Assembly: GCA_047611865.1 (NCBI GenBank)
Contig: JBLFWS010000041.1
Coordinates: forward strand, 1 to 22,039
DNA from: Chlamydiales bacterium
GTDB taxonomy: Bacteria; Chlamydiota; Chlamydiia; Chlamydiales; JBDQID01
Length of the DNA: 22,039 nt
Direction: 5' to 3'
The position numbers and the translations under genes are program-made. Every line of letters starts with the position of its first letter. The stretch's first letter is position 1. Shown in pieces: positions 7,949-17,678 of this stretch. The notes beneath the pieces were generated by a model that saw only the letters and a list, made by a program, of their open reading frames with translations, was not told where the DNA came from and did no database searches.

Positions 7949-8134
7949 CCTACACGCTAGATAGGACTTACACCGGGCTTAAAGTTTACAGCCCCGCTAT
8001 CTATACACAAATAACTTAAAGCCTCTCGATTTAGATAGAGTCCGAGCTTTGCATCAAAAGACTTGGGTAGAACTTGGACTTTGATATAATCAGGGAAGTA
8101 ACTTGCCTGAACATATAAATTCCTTGGCCACAAA

Positions 8135-8680
8135 ATGAACACTGCATTTGTTTCCGCCCCTCTCCCACCACCAATAAGCCAATCTTTACACAGACTATGC
8201 CATGGAATGAAAGATACTGAATGGGTCGATCAAGAAAATATGCATCTCACCTTAAGGTATATTGGTCAAATTAAAGGACATCAACTTCACGACATTGCTG
8301 AGGCACTTCAAGATATTCAACTAAATCCGATTTTATTACAAATCAAAGGCTTGGGTCATTTTATCAAAAAAAGAGGAGTCACCCTTTACGCTCAAATTGC
8401 AAAATCTAACCCACTAAATAAACTAAAATCTGAAATCGACAAAATGTTAAATGAAGCAGAGCTACCCAAAAACAGAGCCCATTACCTTCCACACATTACA
8501 ATTGGCTACTACCAAGGGAAAAAAATGGAGGCCGCCGCTCACTTTCTGGAAAGAAATTCCTTTTTTGAGACTGAAATCTTTGAAATCAACAATTTTGACT
8601 TAACTTCCTGCCACAAATCTTTAAAAGGCTCCATTTACACAGAAGAAGCCTCCTACCCCCTTCGGAAACCTAAGTATTAG
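8135..8680 (+). CDS. thpR: RNA 2',3'-cyclic phosphodiesterase (2H phosphoesterase, LigT/ThpR)
   Basis: Two HxT motifs (WVDQENMHLTLRYIG and YLPHITIG), about 180 aa, with a C-terminal GSIY motif. Confidence 0.9.
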   Translation: MNTAFVSAPLPPPISQSLHRLCHGMKDTEWVDQENMHLTLRYIGQIKGHQLHDIAEALQDIQLNPILLQIKGLGHFIKKRGVTLYAQIAKSNPLNKLKSEIDKMLNEAELPKNRAHYLPHITIGYYQGKKMEAAAHFLERNSFFETEIFEINNFDLTSCHKSLKGSIYTEEASYPLRKPKY

Positions 8681-9001
8681 CCCAGAAATTCCAATTGTTC
8701 TTCACTATTTACAACTAAGCAGATCTCTCTAGATTTAATTAATGCTTACTCATGCAGTACACCGAGTCACTTATCACTTTACATTACTCAATTATCCTTC
8801 GAAATACACATTAAAATAATCTATATATCAAACCCTTTAAACTGTGGATTTTAATAACAGTAAACCTTCCTTCATTTTCATGAAAATATTTTCATACTCC
8901 CCTATATGAAATTAAACTCCATTCATGACCGATGTTTTTTATTTTAATAAAACCCCCCTTTTCCAGAAACGCATCATTTACCTACAAGCCCTCAGTTTTT
9001 C

Positions 9002-9030
9002 TTGATTTTTAATCTAATTCTGTGGATAAT
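9002..9030 (+). promoter_or_regulatory. Putative sigma66 promoter of the NTT gene, overlapping a consensus DnaA box
   Basis: TTGATT (9002-9007), 17 nt, GATAAT (9025-9030). TGTGGATAA at 9021-9029 is the reverse complement of TTATCCACA. Confidence 0.5.
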
Positions 9031-9094
9031 TGAGCACTTTTCATGATTTCATCATCGACTATCACAGTTAACTAAATTGAGGATCGACGATTGA

Positions 9095-9137
9095 TAAAAA
9101 GGTGAAAAACCGTCGTTAAAAAGGTGAAAACCGCCGT
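9095..9137 (+). repeat. Imperfect tandem duplication (22 + 21 bp)
   Basis: TAAAAAGGTGAAAAACCGTCGT followed directly by TAAAAAGGTGAAAA-CCGCCGT. Confidence 0.85.
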
Positions 9138-9240
9138 CAATTGCTCTCTTGAACTATTCCTGGAGCAACAGGGCCCGTTACCCTTGTTAACGAATTGCCC
9201 GGGAATTAACAAGATTCAAATCAACAATAGGATAAAGTGC

Positions 9241-10839
9241 ATGAGTACTAAAGAACAAACAACACCAGAATTTACGGGATGGCGAGCTGCTCTATGGCCC
9301 ATCCACGGGGAAGAATTGAAAAAGTTCCTGCCCTTAGCTTTTATTATGTTTTGCCTTCTGTTTAACTACACAATTCTACGAGATACAAAAGATACACTTG
9401 TAGTTAACTCCGCTGGAGCAGGTGCCATCACATTTTTAAAGCTATATTGCGTGACACCAGCAGCTATTTTATTTGTTATAATTTACGCCAAACTGACAAA
9501 CCTTCTCAACAGAGAGACCGTCTTTTACGCTGTTGTTACTCCGTTCCTGGTCTTTTTTGCAGCTTTTGCATTTGTGATCTACCCTAACCTGGAAGCAATG
9601 CACCCTTCACTAGAAACAGTCCAGGCACTGCACCAAAACTACCCCAGATTTAGTGGTTTCATCGATATATACGCCTACTGGGCTTTCTCTCTTTTCTACG
9701 TTCTTGCGGAGATTTGGGGAAGCGCAATGATTGCTCTAATGTTCTGGCAGTTTGCCAACCACGTTGTTCGCATGACAGAATCTAAAAGATTTTACGGTCT
9801 TTTCGCTGTTATCGGTAACCTCGCACTAGTCCTTTCAGGTCAAGTCGTTAAATTTTCATCCAGCTACATTCAAAAGTTTTACGCGACGAAAGAAGAAGCC
9901 TGGTCAGCATCAGTCGGCCTCCTCATGGCCGCTGTTATATTGTTTGGACTAATCGCAATGGGCCTCTACCGCTGGATGCACACTTCCGTCTTAACCGACA
10001 AGAGATTCTTTGACGCAGAGAAGGCACCTGTAAAATCCAAAAAGAAAAAAGAAAAGCCTTCACTAGTGGAAAGTGCAAAACTCATCCTAAATTCACCTGA
10101 GCTTGGCCTAATCGCTATTCTAATCATGGCATACGGTGTTACTATCAACCTGGTTGAAGTTCAGTGGAAACATCAGCTTGGCTTATGGTATGCTGGTGAC
10201 AAAGGTGGTTACAACAGCTTCATGGGAGACTTCTCCACTCTAACAGGTATTACAACTATTTTGTTCGGACTATTCCTTGGTTCAAACATCCTACGCCGTG
10301 TGAGCTGGTTCAAAGCTGCTATTATCACCCCTCTGGTTATTACTGCAGGTGGAGCTTTCTTTTTCTTTTTCATTTTTTCAGAAAGCTTTGTCACCCTTAT
10401 TTCTTCAAACTTCGGAATCACTGGCGTTGCTGCTGCCACTTTCCTTGGAGCTATCATTATCATTCTAAGCAAAGCCATCAAATACATTCTTTTTGATGCT
10501 ACAAAAGAAATGGCCTACATCCCTCTTGATGATGAGCTGAAGACAAAAGGTAAAGCTGCAGTTGATGTTATTGGAGGCCGTGCTGGCAAAGCTGGTGGTG
10601 CCTTCACTCAAAGCACACTCTTGATTTTGTTTGCTACTAAAGATGTTGTAGCCATTGCTCCAATTGCCTTCGGAGCTTTCTCCGTCGCTTGCGGACTTTG
10701 GTTTATCGCAGTAAAAGTACTTTCAAAGAAAGTAGACGCTGCGGTTAAACTTCGGTCTGAGCAGGAGCTTGAAGAGAAAGCTGTCAAAGACTCCTCAAAA
10801 AAAGTTGAAGAGATAGAGACAACTAAAGCTCCAAGTTAA
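9241..10839 (+). CDS. tlcA: NTT/TLC-family nucleotide transporter, probable ATP/ADP translocase (Npt1/TlcA)
   Basis: WPIHGEELKKFLP, NYTILRDTKDTLVV, FYVLAEIWGS, FWQFAN, KRFY and KEMAYIPLDDELKTKGKAAVD are NTT signatures. Start set at ATG 9241 after AGGA. Substrate specificity is inferred. Confidence 0.93.
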   Translation: MSTKEQTTPEFTGWRAALWPIHGEELKKFLPLAFIMFCLLFNYTILRDTKDTLVVNSAGAGAITFLKLYCVTPAAILFVIIYAKLTNLLNRETVFYAVVTPFLVFFAAFAFVIYPNLEAMHPSLETVQALHQNYPRFSGFIDIYAYWAFSLFYVLAEIWGSAMIALMFWQFANHVVRMTESKRFYGLFAVIGNLALVLSGQVVKFSSSYIQKFYATKEEAWSASVGLLMAAVILFGLIAMGLYRWMHTSVLTDKRFFDAEKAPVKSKKKKEKPSLVESAKLILNSPELGLIAILIMAYGVTINLVEVQWKHQLGLWYAGDKGGYNSFMGDFSTLTGITTILFGLFLGSNILRRVSWFKAAIITPLVITAGGAFFFFFIFSESFVTLISSNFGITGVAAATFLGAIIIILSKAIKYILFDATKEMAYIPLDDELKTKGKAAVDVIGGRAGKAGGAFTQSTLLILFATKDVVAIAPIAFGAFSVACGLWFIAVKVLSKKVDAAVKLRSEQELEEKAVKDSSKKVEEIETTKAPS

Positions 10840-10864
10840 TACTTAAACGTCTTTAGGTATTATC

Positions 10865-10905
10865 AAAGCCGTCACCCTCAATCTAGTCGGTGGCGGCTTT
10901 TTTTT
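10865..10905 (+). terminator. Rho-independent terminator of the NTT gene
   Basis: AAAGCCGTCACC - 12-nt loop - GGTGGCGGCTTT running into an 8-T tract. Confidence 0.88.
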
Positions 10906-10956
10906 GTAACAATCCAATTTTAACGCCCTCTGGACTGCTCTCCTCTATTATTTAGC

Positions 10957-10986
10957 TGGACAGAATGACTTCCTCTTTGGTATCTT
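10957..10986 (+). promoter_or_regulatory. Possible promoter for secDF
   Basis: TGGACA, 18 nt, TATCTT with an extended TG. It lies just after the NTT terminator and about 60 nt before the ATG. Confidence 0.35.
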
Positions 10987-11045
10987 GCTCATTTCGTATC
11001 GTTTTCTTTCGACTAAATTTCAATTAAAGAAGGGAAGTTTTTGTA

Positions 11046-14000
11046 ATGGAAAAGCAAAAACGCTGGCAATTTTTAGTAATTGTCGCTGTGGTTCTTCTAA
11101 CTTTCTACAATATTTTGCCTACAGTTTTCTACTACGGCAAACCACTTAGAAAGCCAATCGAAGAAAAAGCCGCAAATAGCATAGCAATCAATATTACAGA
11201 ACGCATTAATGACCAAGAAGACCTGGCCAACGAGTGGCTTTGGGCTTTCTGTAAAAATTTGAATATTTCTGCCAAGTCAATTGAACTTGTGCCTTCCAAT
11301 CCAAAACTCATTGAAGTTACTTTCAATGATGGGGCTGAAACTGAGACCTTCAAAAGATTCTTGCCTCGTGCAGGTGAACTTATTTCTTTTGTACCCTCTC
11401 AACTTAAATTATCCACAAGACCATCTGACAACCCGGAAAAGAAAGTCCTGGTCGAAAGGCGTATCGGTGTTCATCTGAATCCTGAAGAAGCAAGCAATTT
11501 ATTTGTTTATTCTTCAAAGAAAGATGAAAGTGGTAAATTGACCTCCTTTTACCGCCAGCTAGTATATGAGCGTGTAATTCAATTAGCCATGAGCCTGGGT
11601 TCTGAATCAGAAGAAGCCTTAAAGCTCTCTGCAGCCCTTCAAAGCTCTCCCGAACGCCCCAATGAAGAACTACTCCTGGATCTTGCATCTGGTATTTTAG
11701 AATACAATAAGCTTTTTGGGGACTTCAGCCCTATTACGCAGAGATACTACTCGGGTTTTTCTCGCGGTCTGTCAGCGGAGCAAAGAAGACCTGCCCGCCA
11801 TTTTGCTCAATTATTGGAAAAAGCAGAAGATAAAGCTAAATTCAAACGCGGCCTTATTCAAGATGAGCTTAAAGAGCAAGACCTGGACGCTGATGTCAAT
11901 AAGCAAGTACTGCTTGATACTCTTGAACAGCGAATTAATACCTTAAAAGATGCAAAACTCATTGTGAAAAACAGCGAAGATGCATTCGATGGGGACCTTG
12001 CCTCTTTCACTCAGGCTTCTCTACAAGAAAAGTTGAATGAAAGTGCTGAGCAAGGAAACCAAACGGGTATTCAAGTAATAGACCTAGATGGCCGTCACCC
12101 CTTCATAGAAAAAATCTCTATAGACTGGGAAAATGACTACCTCAGCCTCGAGCTTTATTCCGAAGTAAACGCCATACGTGAAACCAAAGCTCTAACTGAA
12201 GATGAAGCTTACGTCAAAGAAAGACTCAGCCAACTCGTCATCAATGATATAGCTCATATATCAAGATTTGCGGATGAAGTTGTAAAGCCTTCTCACGAAG
12301 ACTTTGTCGTTCAACTGAATAGACTAGCTAATAGTACAAGCGTAATAGCCTTCGATTTAGGTGAAATTGCCAAGAAACAAAGTACTCAGCTTCTTTCTAA
12401 TCTCACAGAGACGTGGCAGCCGTCACACCAGGATCTGAATAGAGACGTATTTCCTGTTATAGACTATGACTCTTACTCCATGCTCCCTGCGGAACAGCAA
12501 AGGCTTGGACTAGTTGTTTATGCCCCAGCAGCTCTGGATAATCATGAACTTCCCAAGGGCTTTCGCGCCAATGGAATTTATGTTATCGCTCGTGGTTTAA
12601 AAGATATCATGCGCAAGTACGAGGCCTACCCCGAAAGTGACGAAGCAATCGCTTTCATGGAAGACTTCAATAAGCTTCGCGATTTTATGCAAGATGAAGG
12701 CTTTACTGGATATCCAGGTACGATATTCGGGGATACTTCAGAATATACAAACGATTTCATATTTGAACTTTCAGACTATTACAGTAACCTCTTAAAAGCC
12801 TCACGAGAAGAATTCTCTATCAATGGTAGGAAATATTTTGCTGTTCTGGAACTCTCAGATACGGAACAACGTATTCTTTCCCAAAACAAGATCGAGAACG
12901 AAGTTCATGAAGACATCATGAAATGGCGTGATGAATACAATGCGGCACAAGTAGACCTCGATTTAACGAAAAGATATGTTGTACCTCCCCCTACTCGCAA
13001 TACTTTCTGGAGTAACTTAAAACTCAACGCTAGAAAATATTTCCGTGGGGATGACAGCAAGATATTAAAGTGGGGTCTTGACCTTTCCGGTGGAAAAATG
13101 GTTCGTGTTGGTTTGCGCGATGAAAACAACCGATCTGTTACCGATGAAGCTAGTTTAAAGCAGGGCCTCAATGAGCTGACATCAAGAGTTAACAAAATGG
13201 GTCTTTCAGAGGTTAACCTCCGTATTGAAGGCTCCAACATTGCCCTTGATTTTCCAGGCTCACAAGGTTTTTCAGCTTCTGACTTAATTAAAGCTTCTTC
13301 CATGCGCTTCCACGTCGTTAATGAGAAGTTTTCCTTACGCAACAGTGCATTGGCCACTGAAGTTCAACAATTCCTTCAAGACGTTTGGAATGAAGCTGTT
13401 GTAACAAATAGAAAAGATCTGGAAAGCATCAATGACATTGCGTGGCAACACCTGGGCGGTAGCGGTGATTCTTTTCAGCGCCCCCGTAGCGGCCATGCAA
13501 AGACCCTTTTCGAAAACGGTCTACGCATTGTAAACCCAAAAGAATCTGTTAAGTCAAATAACTTTGACGACACACTCTCTTCTGTGGCTATTTACAGAGG
13601 CGATGACCCTAGCGAATGGCGAGGACAGTCTACACCTCTATTTATAACATTCCATAACTATGCTCTAGAAGGTTCCGACCTTGAAAATGTTCATGCCGCT
13701 TATGATCCAGAAAAAGGAAATATCCTTTCTTTCGGCGTAAAAAGCACAAACTCTAAAGCAAATAGCTCATTCTCCTCTCCGAGAGAAAGTTTGCACACTT
13801 GGACATCACAATTTGCACAAGAAAAGATTGCGGGTACACCAAAAGCTGAATTCACCAGAGGTGATGGATGGCGTATGGCCGTTATTTTAAACGGCAATAC
13901 AATTAGTGAGCCTACTTTAAATCAGCCATTGCGTCATCATGCAATGATATACGGCAAGTTCTCACAAAGAGAAGTTAACAAGCTTGTTGCTGATCTAAAA

Positions 14001-15581
14001 GCCGGTAGCCTTAGTTTTACCCCTCGCATCCTTTCTGAAGAGAACATCAGCCCGGAACTCGGACAAGATGAACGCTTCCGTGGAATCTCTGCAGCTTTTG
14101 CTGGATTGGCTCTCGTTATTGCTACGATGATTTCCTATTACAGGTTTGGTGGTTTTATTGCCTCCTTAGCGGTAATGCTAAATTTATTGATTATGTGGGG
14201 AATCCTTCAGAATCTAGATGCAGCATTAACACTTGCCGGAATTGCAGGGATCATCCTAACGGTTGGTATGGCCGTTGATGCCAACGTACTGATATTTGAA
14301 CGTATCCGTGAAGAATACGCCATTTCGGGCCGTATTGCTTCAGCAGTCCATACAGGATACCGCAAAGCTTTCAGTGCTATTGTAGACTCCAATGTTACAA
14401 CAATAATTGCCGCTCTAATCCTGATGCAATTTGACTCTGGTCCGATTAAAGGTTTTGCTATTACTTTAATAATCGGTATCGCCTCATCAATGTTTACGGC
14501 TCTTTTTGTAACCCGTTATTACTTTACTGGCTGGGTTCAAAATCCTAAAAACAAAATGCTCAATATGGCAAATATCATAGGCAAATATAGCTTTGACTTC
14601 CTTGGAAAAGCTAAAGTCGCCTTTGTAATTTCCTTAGTCATTCTTGTTGGTGGAGGATCTCTTCTTCTCTCAGAAAGACAGAATATCCTTGGAATGGACT
14701 TTACCGGTGGATACGCTCTCTCTGTGAACGTTGATGAAGATGCTGATGGCTCGTACAGGGCTAGAGCAGAACAAGCTTTGCTCAGCGCAGGAGCCACTGA
14801 AGGAGACTTTCAGGTAAGGCAGCTTAATAAGGATAACCACCTCCGCATTCAACTTGGAATGAGTATGGAAGAGGAGGAACATCCCTTTTACAGCATGCCC
14901 GTGGAAGACACTGAGAAAAAGGTTGTATTTGAGTATGAGAAAAACCCTCGCATTGAATGGACTGTTAATTCACTTAGTAAATCAGGCCTGAAAATCGAAA
15001 AGGAGCGTCTTGTAGAGCTCGATAAAAACTGGACCTCTATTAGTGGACAGTTTTCTGATGTCATGCGTGACAATGCTTTGTTTGGCTTAGGTCTTTCCTT
15101 ACTGTGTATTCTGATTTACATCACAATACGCTTTGAGTTTAAGTACGCTATTAGTGCCATTCTCTGTGTTGCTCATGACGTCTTGGTTTCATTGGGAGCC
15201 CTTGGAATTTTCTATAAGTTGGGCCTAACCATACAAATCAATATGGAAACTATTGCAGCGGTCATGACGATTATTGGGTACTCTCTTAACGATACTATCA
15301 TTATCTTTGACAGGATTCGTGAAGATACTCAGATTATGCGCAAAAAGACATACGTTGAAATTGTCAACCATGCTCTCAATGCGACTCTGAGCCGTACTGT
15401 GATGACTTCAGCAACAACTCTGCTTGTGTTGATAGCCTTGCTTCTTTTTGGTGGAAGCCTGATTTTCGACTTTGTTTTTGTCATGACGATTGGTATTTTC
15501 ATTGGAACTTTGTCTTCATGGTTCATAGCCTCTCCTCTCTTGTTGTACTTTCACAACAGAGAAGAGCTGTCTAGTAATTAG
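11046..15581 (+). CDS. secDF: Protein translocase subunit SecDF fusion with a large chlamydial-type N-terminal soluble region
   Basis: SecD motifs WGLDLSGG and LTLAGIAGIILTVGMAVDANVLIFERIREE. SecF motifs LGMDFTGG, YITIRFE and IGYSLNDTIIIFDRIRE. Confidence 0.96.
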   Translation: MEKQKRWQFLVIVAVVLLTFYNILPTVFYYGKPLRKPIEEKAANSIAINITERINDQEDLANEWLWAFCKNLNISAKSIELVPSNPKLIEVTFNDGAETETFKRFLPRAGELISFVPSQLKLSTRPSDNPEKKVLVERRIGVHLNPEEASNLFVYSSKKDESGKLTSFYRQLVYERVIQLAMSLGSESEEALKLSAALQSSPERPNEELLLDLASGILEYNKLFGDFSPITQRYYSGFSRGLSAEQRRPARHFAQLLEKAEDKAKFKRGLIQDELKEQDLDADVNKQVLLDTLEQRINTLKDAKLIVKNSEDAFDGDLASFTQASLQEKLNESAEQGNQTGIQVIDLDGRHPFIEKISIDWENDYLSLELYSEVNAIRETKALTEDEAYVKERLSQLVINDIAHISRFADEVVKPSHEDFVVQLNRLANSTSVIAFDLGEIAKKQSTQLLSNLTETWQPSHQDLNRDVFPVIDYDSYSMLPAEQQRLGLVVYAPAALDNHELPKGFRANGIYVIARGLKDIMRKYEAYPESDEAIAFMEDFNKLRDFMQDEGFTGYPGTIFGDTSEYTNDFIFELSDYYSNLLKASREEFSINGRKYFAVLELSDTEQRILSQNKIENEVHEDIMKWRDEYNAAQVDLDLTKRYVVPPPTRNTFWSNLKLNARKYFRGDDSKILKWGLDLSGGKMVRVGLRDENNRSVTDEASLKQGLNELTSRVNKMGLSEVNLRIEGSNIALDFPGSQGFSASDLIKASSMRFHVVNEKFSLRNSALATEVQQFLQDVWNEAVVTNRKDLESINDIAWQHLGGSGDSFQRPRSGHAKTLFENGLRIVNPKESVKSNNFDDTLSSVAIYRGDDPSEWRGQSTPLFITFHNYALEGSDLENVHAAYDPEKGNILSFGVKSTNSKANSSFSSPRESLHTWTSQFAQEKIAGTPKAEFTRGDGWRMAVILNGNTISEPTLNQPLRHHAMIYGKFSQREVNKLVADLKAGSLSFTPRILSEENISPELGQDERFRGISAAFAGLALVIATMISYYRFGGFIASLAVMLNLLIMWGILQNLDAALTLAGIAGIILTVGMAVDANVLIFERIREEYAISGRIASAVHTGYRKAFSAIVDSNVTTIIAALILMQFDSGPIKGFAITLIIGIASSMFTALFVTRYYFTGWVQNPKNKMLNMANIIGKYSFDFLGKAKVAFVISLVILVGGGSLLLSERQNILGMDFTGGYALSVNVDEDADGSYRARAEQALLSAGATEGDFQVRQLNKDNHLRIQLGMSMEEEEHPFYSMPVEDTEKKVVFEYEKNPRIEWTVNSLSKSGLKIEKERLVELDKNWTSISGQFSDVMRDNALFGLGLSLLCILIYITIRFEFKYAISAILCVAHDVLVSLGALGIFYKLGLTIQINMETIAAVMTIIGYSLNDTIIIFDRIREDTQIMRKKTYVEIVNHALNATLSRTVMTSATTLLVLIALLLFGGSLIFDFVFVMTIGIFIGTLSSWFIASPLLLYFHNREELSSN

Positions 15582-15587
15582 ATAAAG

Positions 15588-15630
15588 TAAAGGCCTGGGT
15601 TTCAGCATTTGCAAGAAATCCAGGCCTTTA
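15588..15630. terminator. Terminator-like hairpin after secDF
   Basis: TAAAGGCCTGGGTTTC - 11-nt loop - GAAATCCAGGCCTTTA: 16-bp stem with one G-U pair, starting 7 nt after the stop. Confidence 0.75.
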
Positions 15631-15899
15631 ATCAAAACAAATATTATTTAGATCGTGTATACTAGGCAAAATGATTTATTTTACCTACAATTTCATCCCA
15701 AAAAGCAGGCTTACACTGCCGGGAGAGTAAAAAAATGATAAATCTTTCTTAACCTTTAACCTTGTTTACGGTATTTGTAGATATAGTTTTTAGAGTTTAG
15801 GTAGGAATGCATCTAAGCATCCGTAAGCTGGAATTACATGCCCTCCTCTTCGCTCCAATATACTTGAAATAAGTACAGATCATAAATTGGAGAGATCGA

Positions 15900-17639
15900 A
15901 TGCAGTCATCTGAAGATGATAAAGACAACACTTTGTGGATTTACCCCGAATCAAAAAAAGATTGGAGTGATCAAATAATCAAAGAGTTCCGTATTCATCC
16001 TGTTACTGCTCAGGTTCTTGTTTCTAGAGGTTTTACTTCTTTAGAAGAGATCAATAGATTTCTTTACGCAAAGCTCCCTGATCTTCACGATCCAAGCCTT
16101 TTTCCTCAGATGGAAAAAGCCGTTCATCGCGTTTGCAAGGCTCTCCAAGATGACGAAGGAATTCTCATTTATGGCGACAACGATGTAGATGGAATGACTG
16201 GAACAGCGCTTCTCACGGATCTGCTTTCTTCTCTTGGAGCAAAAGTTTTCTACTACGTTCCTAACCGCGCCAGCCTTCGACGAAGCTTAATCCTGGATGC
16301 TCTCGATTATGCCCTGGAAAATAGCTGCAAACTCTTAATTACTGTTGACTGTGGGATCACTGCCGTCGAAGGCATCAAACAAGTAGTTCAAAATAACGTC
16401 GACGTTATAATTACTGATCACCATGAACCTACTGATCAAATTCCACACTGCGTAGCCACTTTAAACCCCAAGTTAGTCGGTGCCAACTACCCAAATAGAG
16501 AATTAACTGGAGTTGGAGTAGCCTTCAAACTAGCCCATGGATTAACAAACGAGCTCATTAGATCTGGAAAAATATCTAACACCGACGTAGATCTCAAAAG
16601 TTACCTCGATCTCGTCGCTCTTGGTACGATTTCCGATATGGGAGCTCTTTTAGACGAAAACCGTATTCTTGTGCGCTATGGTCTCAATCAGATCTCTATC
16701 ACTAATCGAATTGGCCTTGCCAAACTTTTTTCCATTTGTGGACTCTCCCAGCACGATGTTACTGTATCTGATATAGCTTCAAAAATAGCCCCCCGTCTAA
16801 ACAGCCTAGGTCGTATTGCTGACCCAAGAAAAGGTGTAGAACTTCTTCTTATCAAGGATTCTGCAAAAGCCGAAGAACTGGCAAAAGAATTAGATCTTAA
16901 CAATATCGCGCGTCAAAAAATTGAGCGGGCCGTTTCCAGTGATGTTGATGGATTACTAATCTCAAATCCTGAAATACTGGATGAAAGAGCCATTATCTTG
17001 TCATCAACAGACTGGCATCCTGGTGTCATTCCTATTGTCGCTACGCGCCTTTCAAAACATTATAATAGGCCGACTGTAATTATCGCCATTGAAGATGGCG
17101 TAGGAAAAGGGTCCATGCGTTCTATTCGAGAATTCCCGTTATTGAACGTTCTTAAAAAGAATTCTGATTTACTTCTCAATTACGGTGGACATGACTACGC
17201 TGCAGGCATGACCATAGTTTCTGAAAATATTGAACTATTCAAAAAACACTTTATTGAAGAAGCCAATCTTGTCCTTCAGGAAAATGATGTCCTTTCCAAA
17301 CTAACTATCGATGCCAAAGTAGACTTCGATGAGATCAACTTTGATTTTATGGAATCCTTACACCTCCTGGCCCCATTTGGCAATGAGAATCCTGCACCGA
17401 TACTTTACTGCGACGTACAACAAACGTGGCCCCCAAAAATTATTGGCACGAACCACCTAAAGCTGTATATGGAGCAACACGATCGAATGCTAGAAGGAAT
17501 ATGCTTTGGAATGGCCAATAGAAGAAAGCAGATACGCAAGAAAAACCTTCTTATGCGTATTGCCTTTACCCCCCAAATCAACACCTTCCAAAACAAAACA
17601 AGTATTCAATTACTTGTTCGAGATTTTTCTCCACTTTAA
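15900..17639 (+). CDS. recJ: Single-stranded-DNA-specific exonuclease RecJ
   Basis: DHH-family motifs YGDNDVDG, ITVDCG, TDHH, ALGTISDM, APRLNSLGR, GSMRS, GGHDYAAG and APFGNENP. Confidence 0.97.
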   Translation: MQSSEDDKDNTLWIYPESKKDWSDQIIKEFRIHPVTAQVLVSRGFTSLEEINRFLYAKLPDLHDPSLFPQMEKAVHRVCKALQDDEGILIYGDNDVDGMTGTALLTDLLSSLGAKVFYYVPNRASLRRSLILDALDYALENSCKLLITVDCGITAVEGIKQVVQNNVDVIITDHHEPTDQIPHCVATLNPKLVGANYPNRELTGVGVAFKLAHGLTNELIRSGKISNTDVDLKSYLDLVALGTISDMGALLDENRILVRYGLNQISITNRIGLAKLFSICGLSQHDVTVSDIASKIAPRLNSLGRIADPRKGVELLLIKDSAKAEELAKELDLNNIARQKIERAVSSDVDGLLISNPEILDERAIILSSTDWHPGVIPIVATRLSKHYNRPTVIIAIEDGVGKGSMRSIREFPLLNVLKKNSDLLLNYGGHDYAAGMTIVSENIELFKKHFIEEANLVLQENDVLSKLTIDAKVDFDEINFDFMESLHLLAPFGNENPAPILYCDVQQTWPPKIIGTNHLKLYMEQHDRMLEGICFGMANRRKQIRKKNLLMRIAFTPQINTFQNKTSIQLLVRDFSPL

Positions 17640-17678
17640 AACCAACGGAAGCACTATCTTCCGTATAGATTTATCTAC

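Noticed and set aside
7957..8142. 61-aa minus-strand ORF
   Set aside because: Overlaps the thpR start and upstream region and has no recognisable motif.
8681..9060. Replication origin
   Set aside because: Only one perfect DnaA box and one weak box; no cluster and no origin-associated genes.
9124..9240. 39-aa N-terminal extension of the NTT from GTG 9124
   Set aside because: The GTG lies inside the tandem repeat. Family similarity starts at MSTKEQ (9241), which has an AGGA RBS.
15649..15660. TAGATCGTGTAT, an 11/12 match to the outer MITE end
   Set aside because: No partner inverted end or internal similarity nearby.
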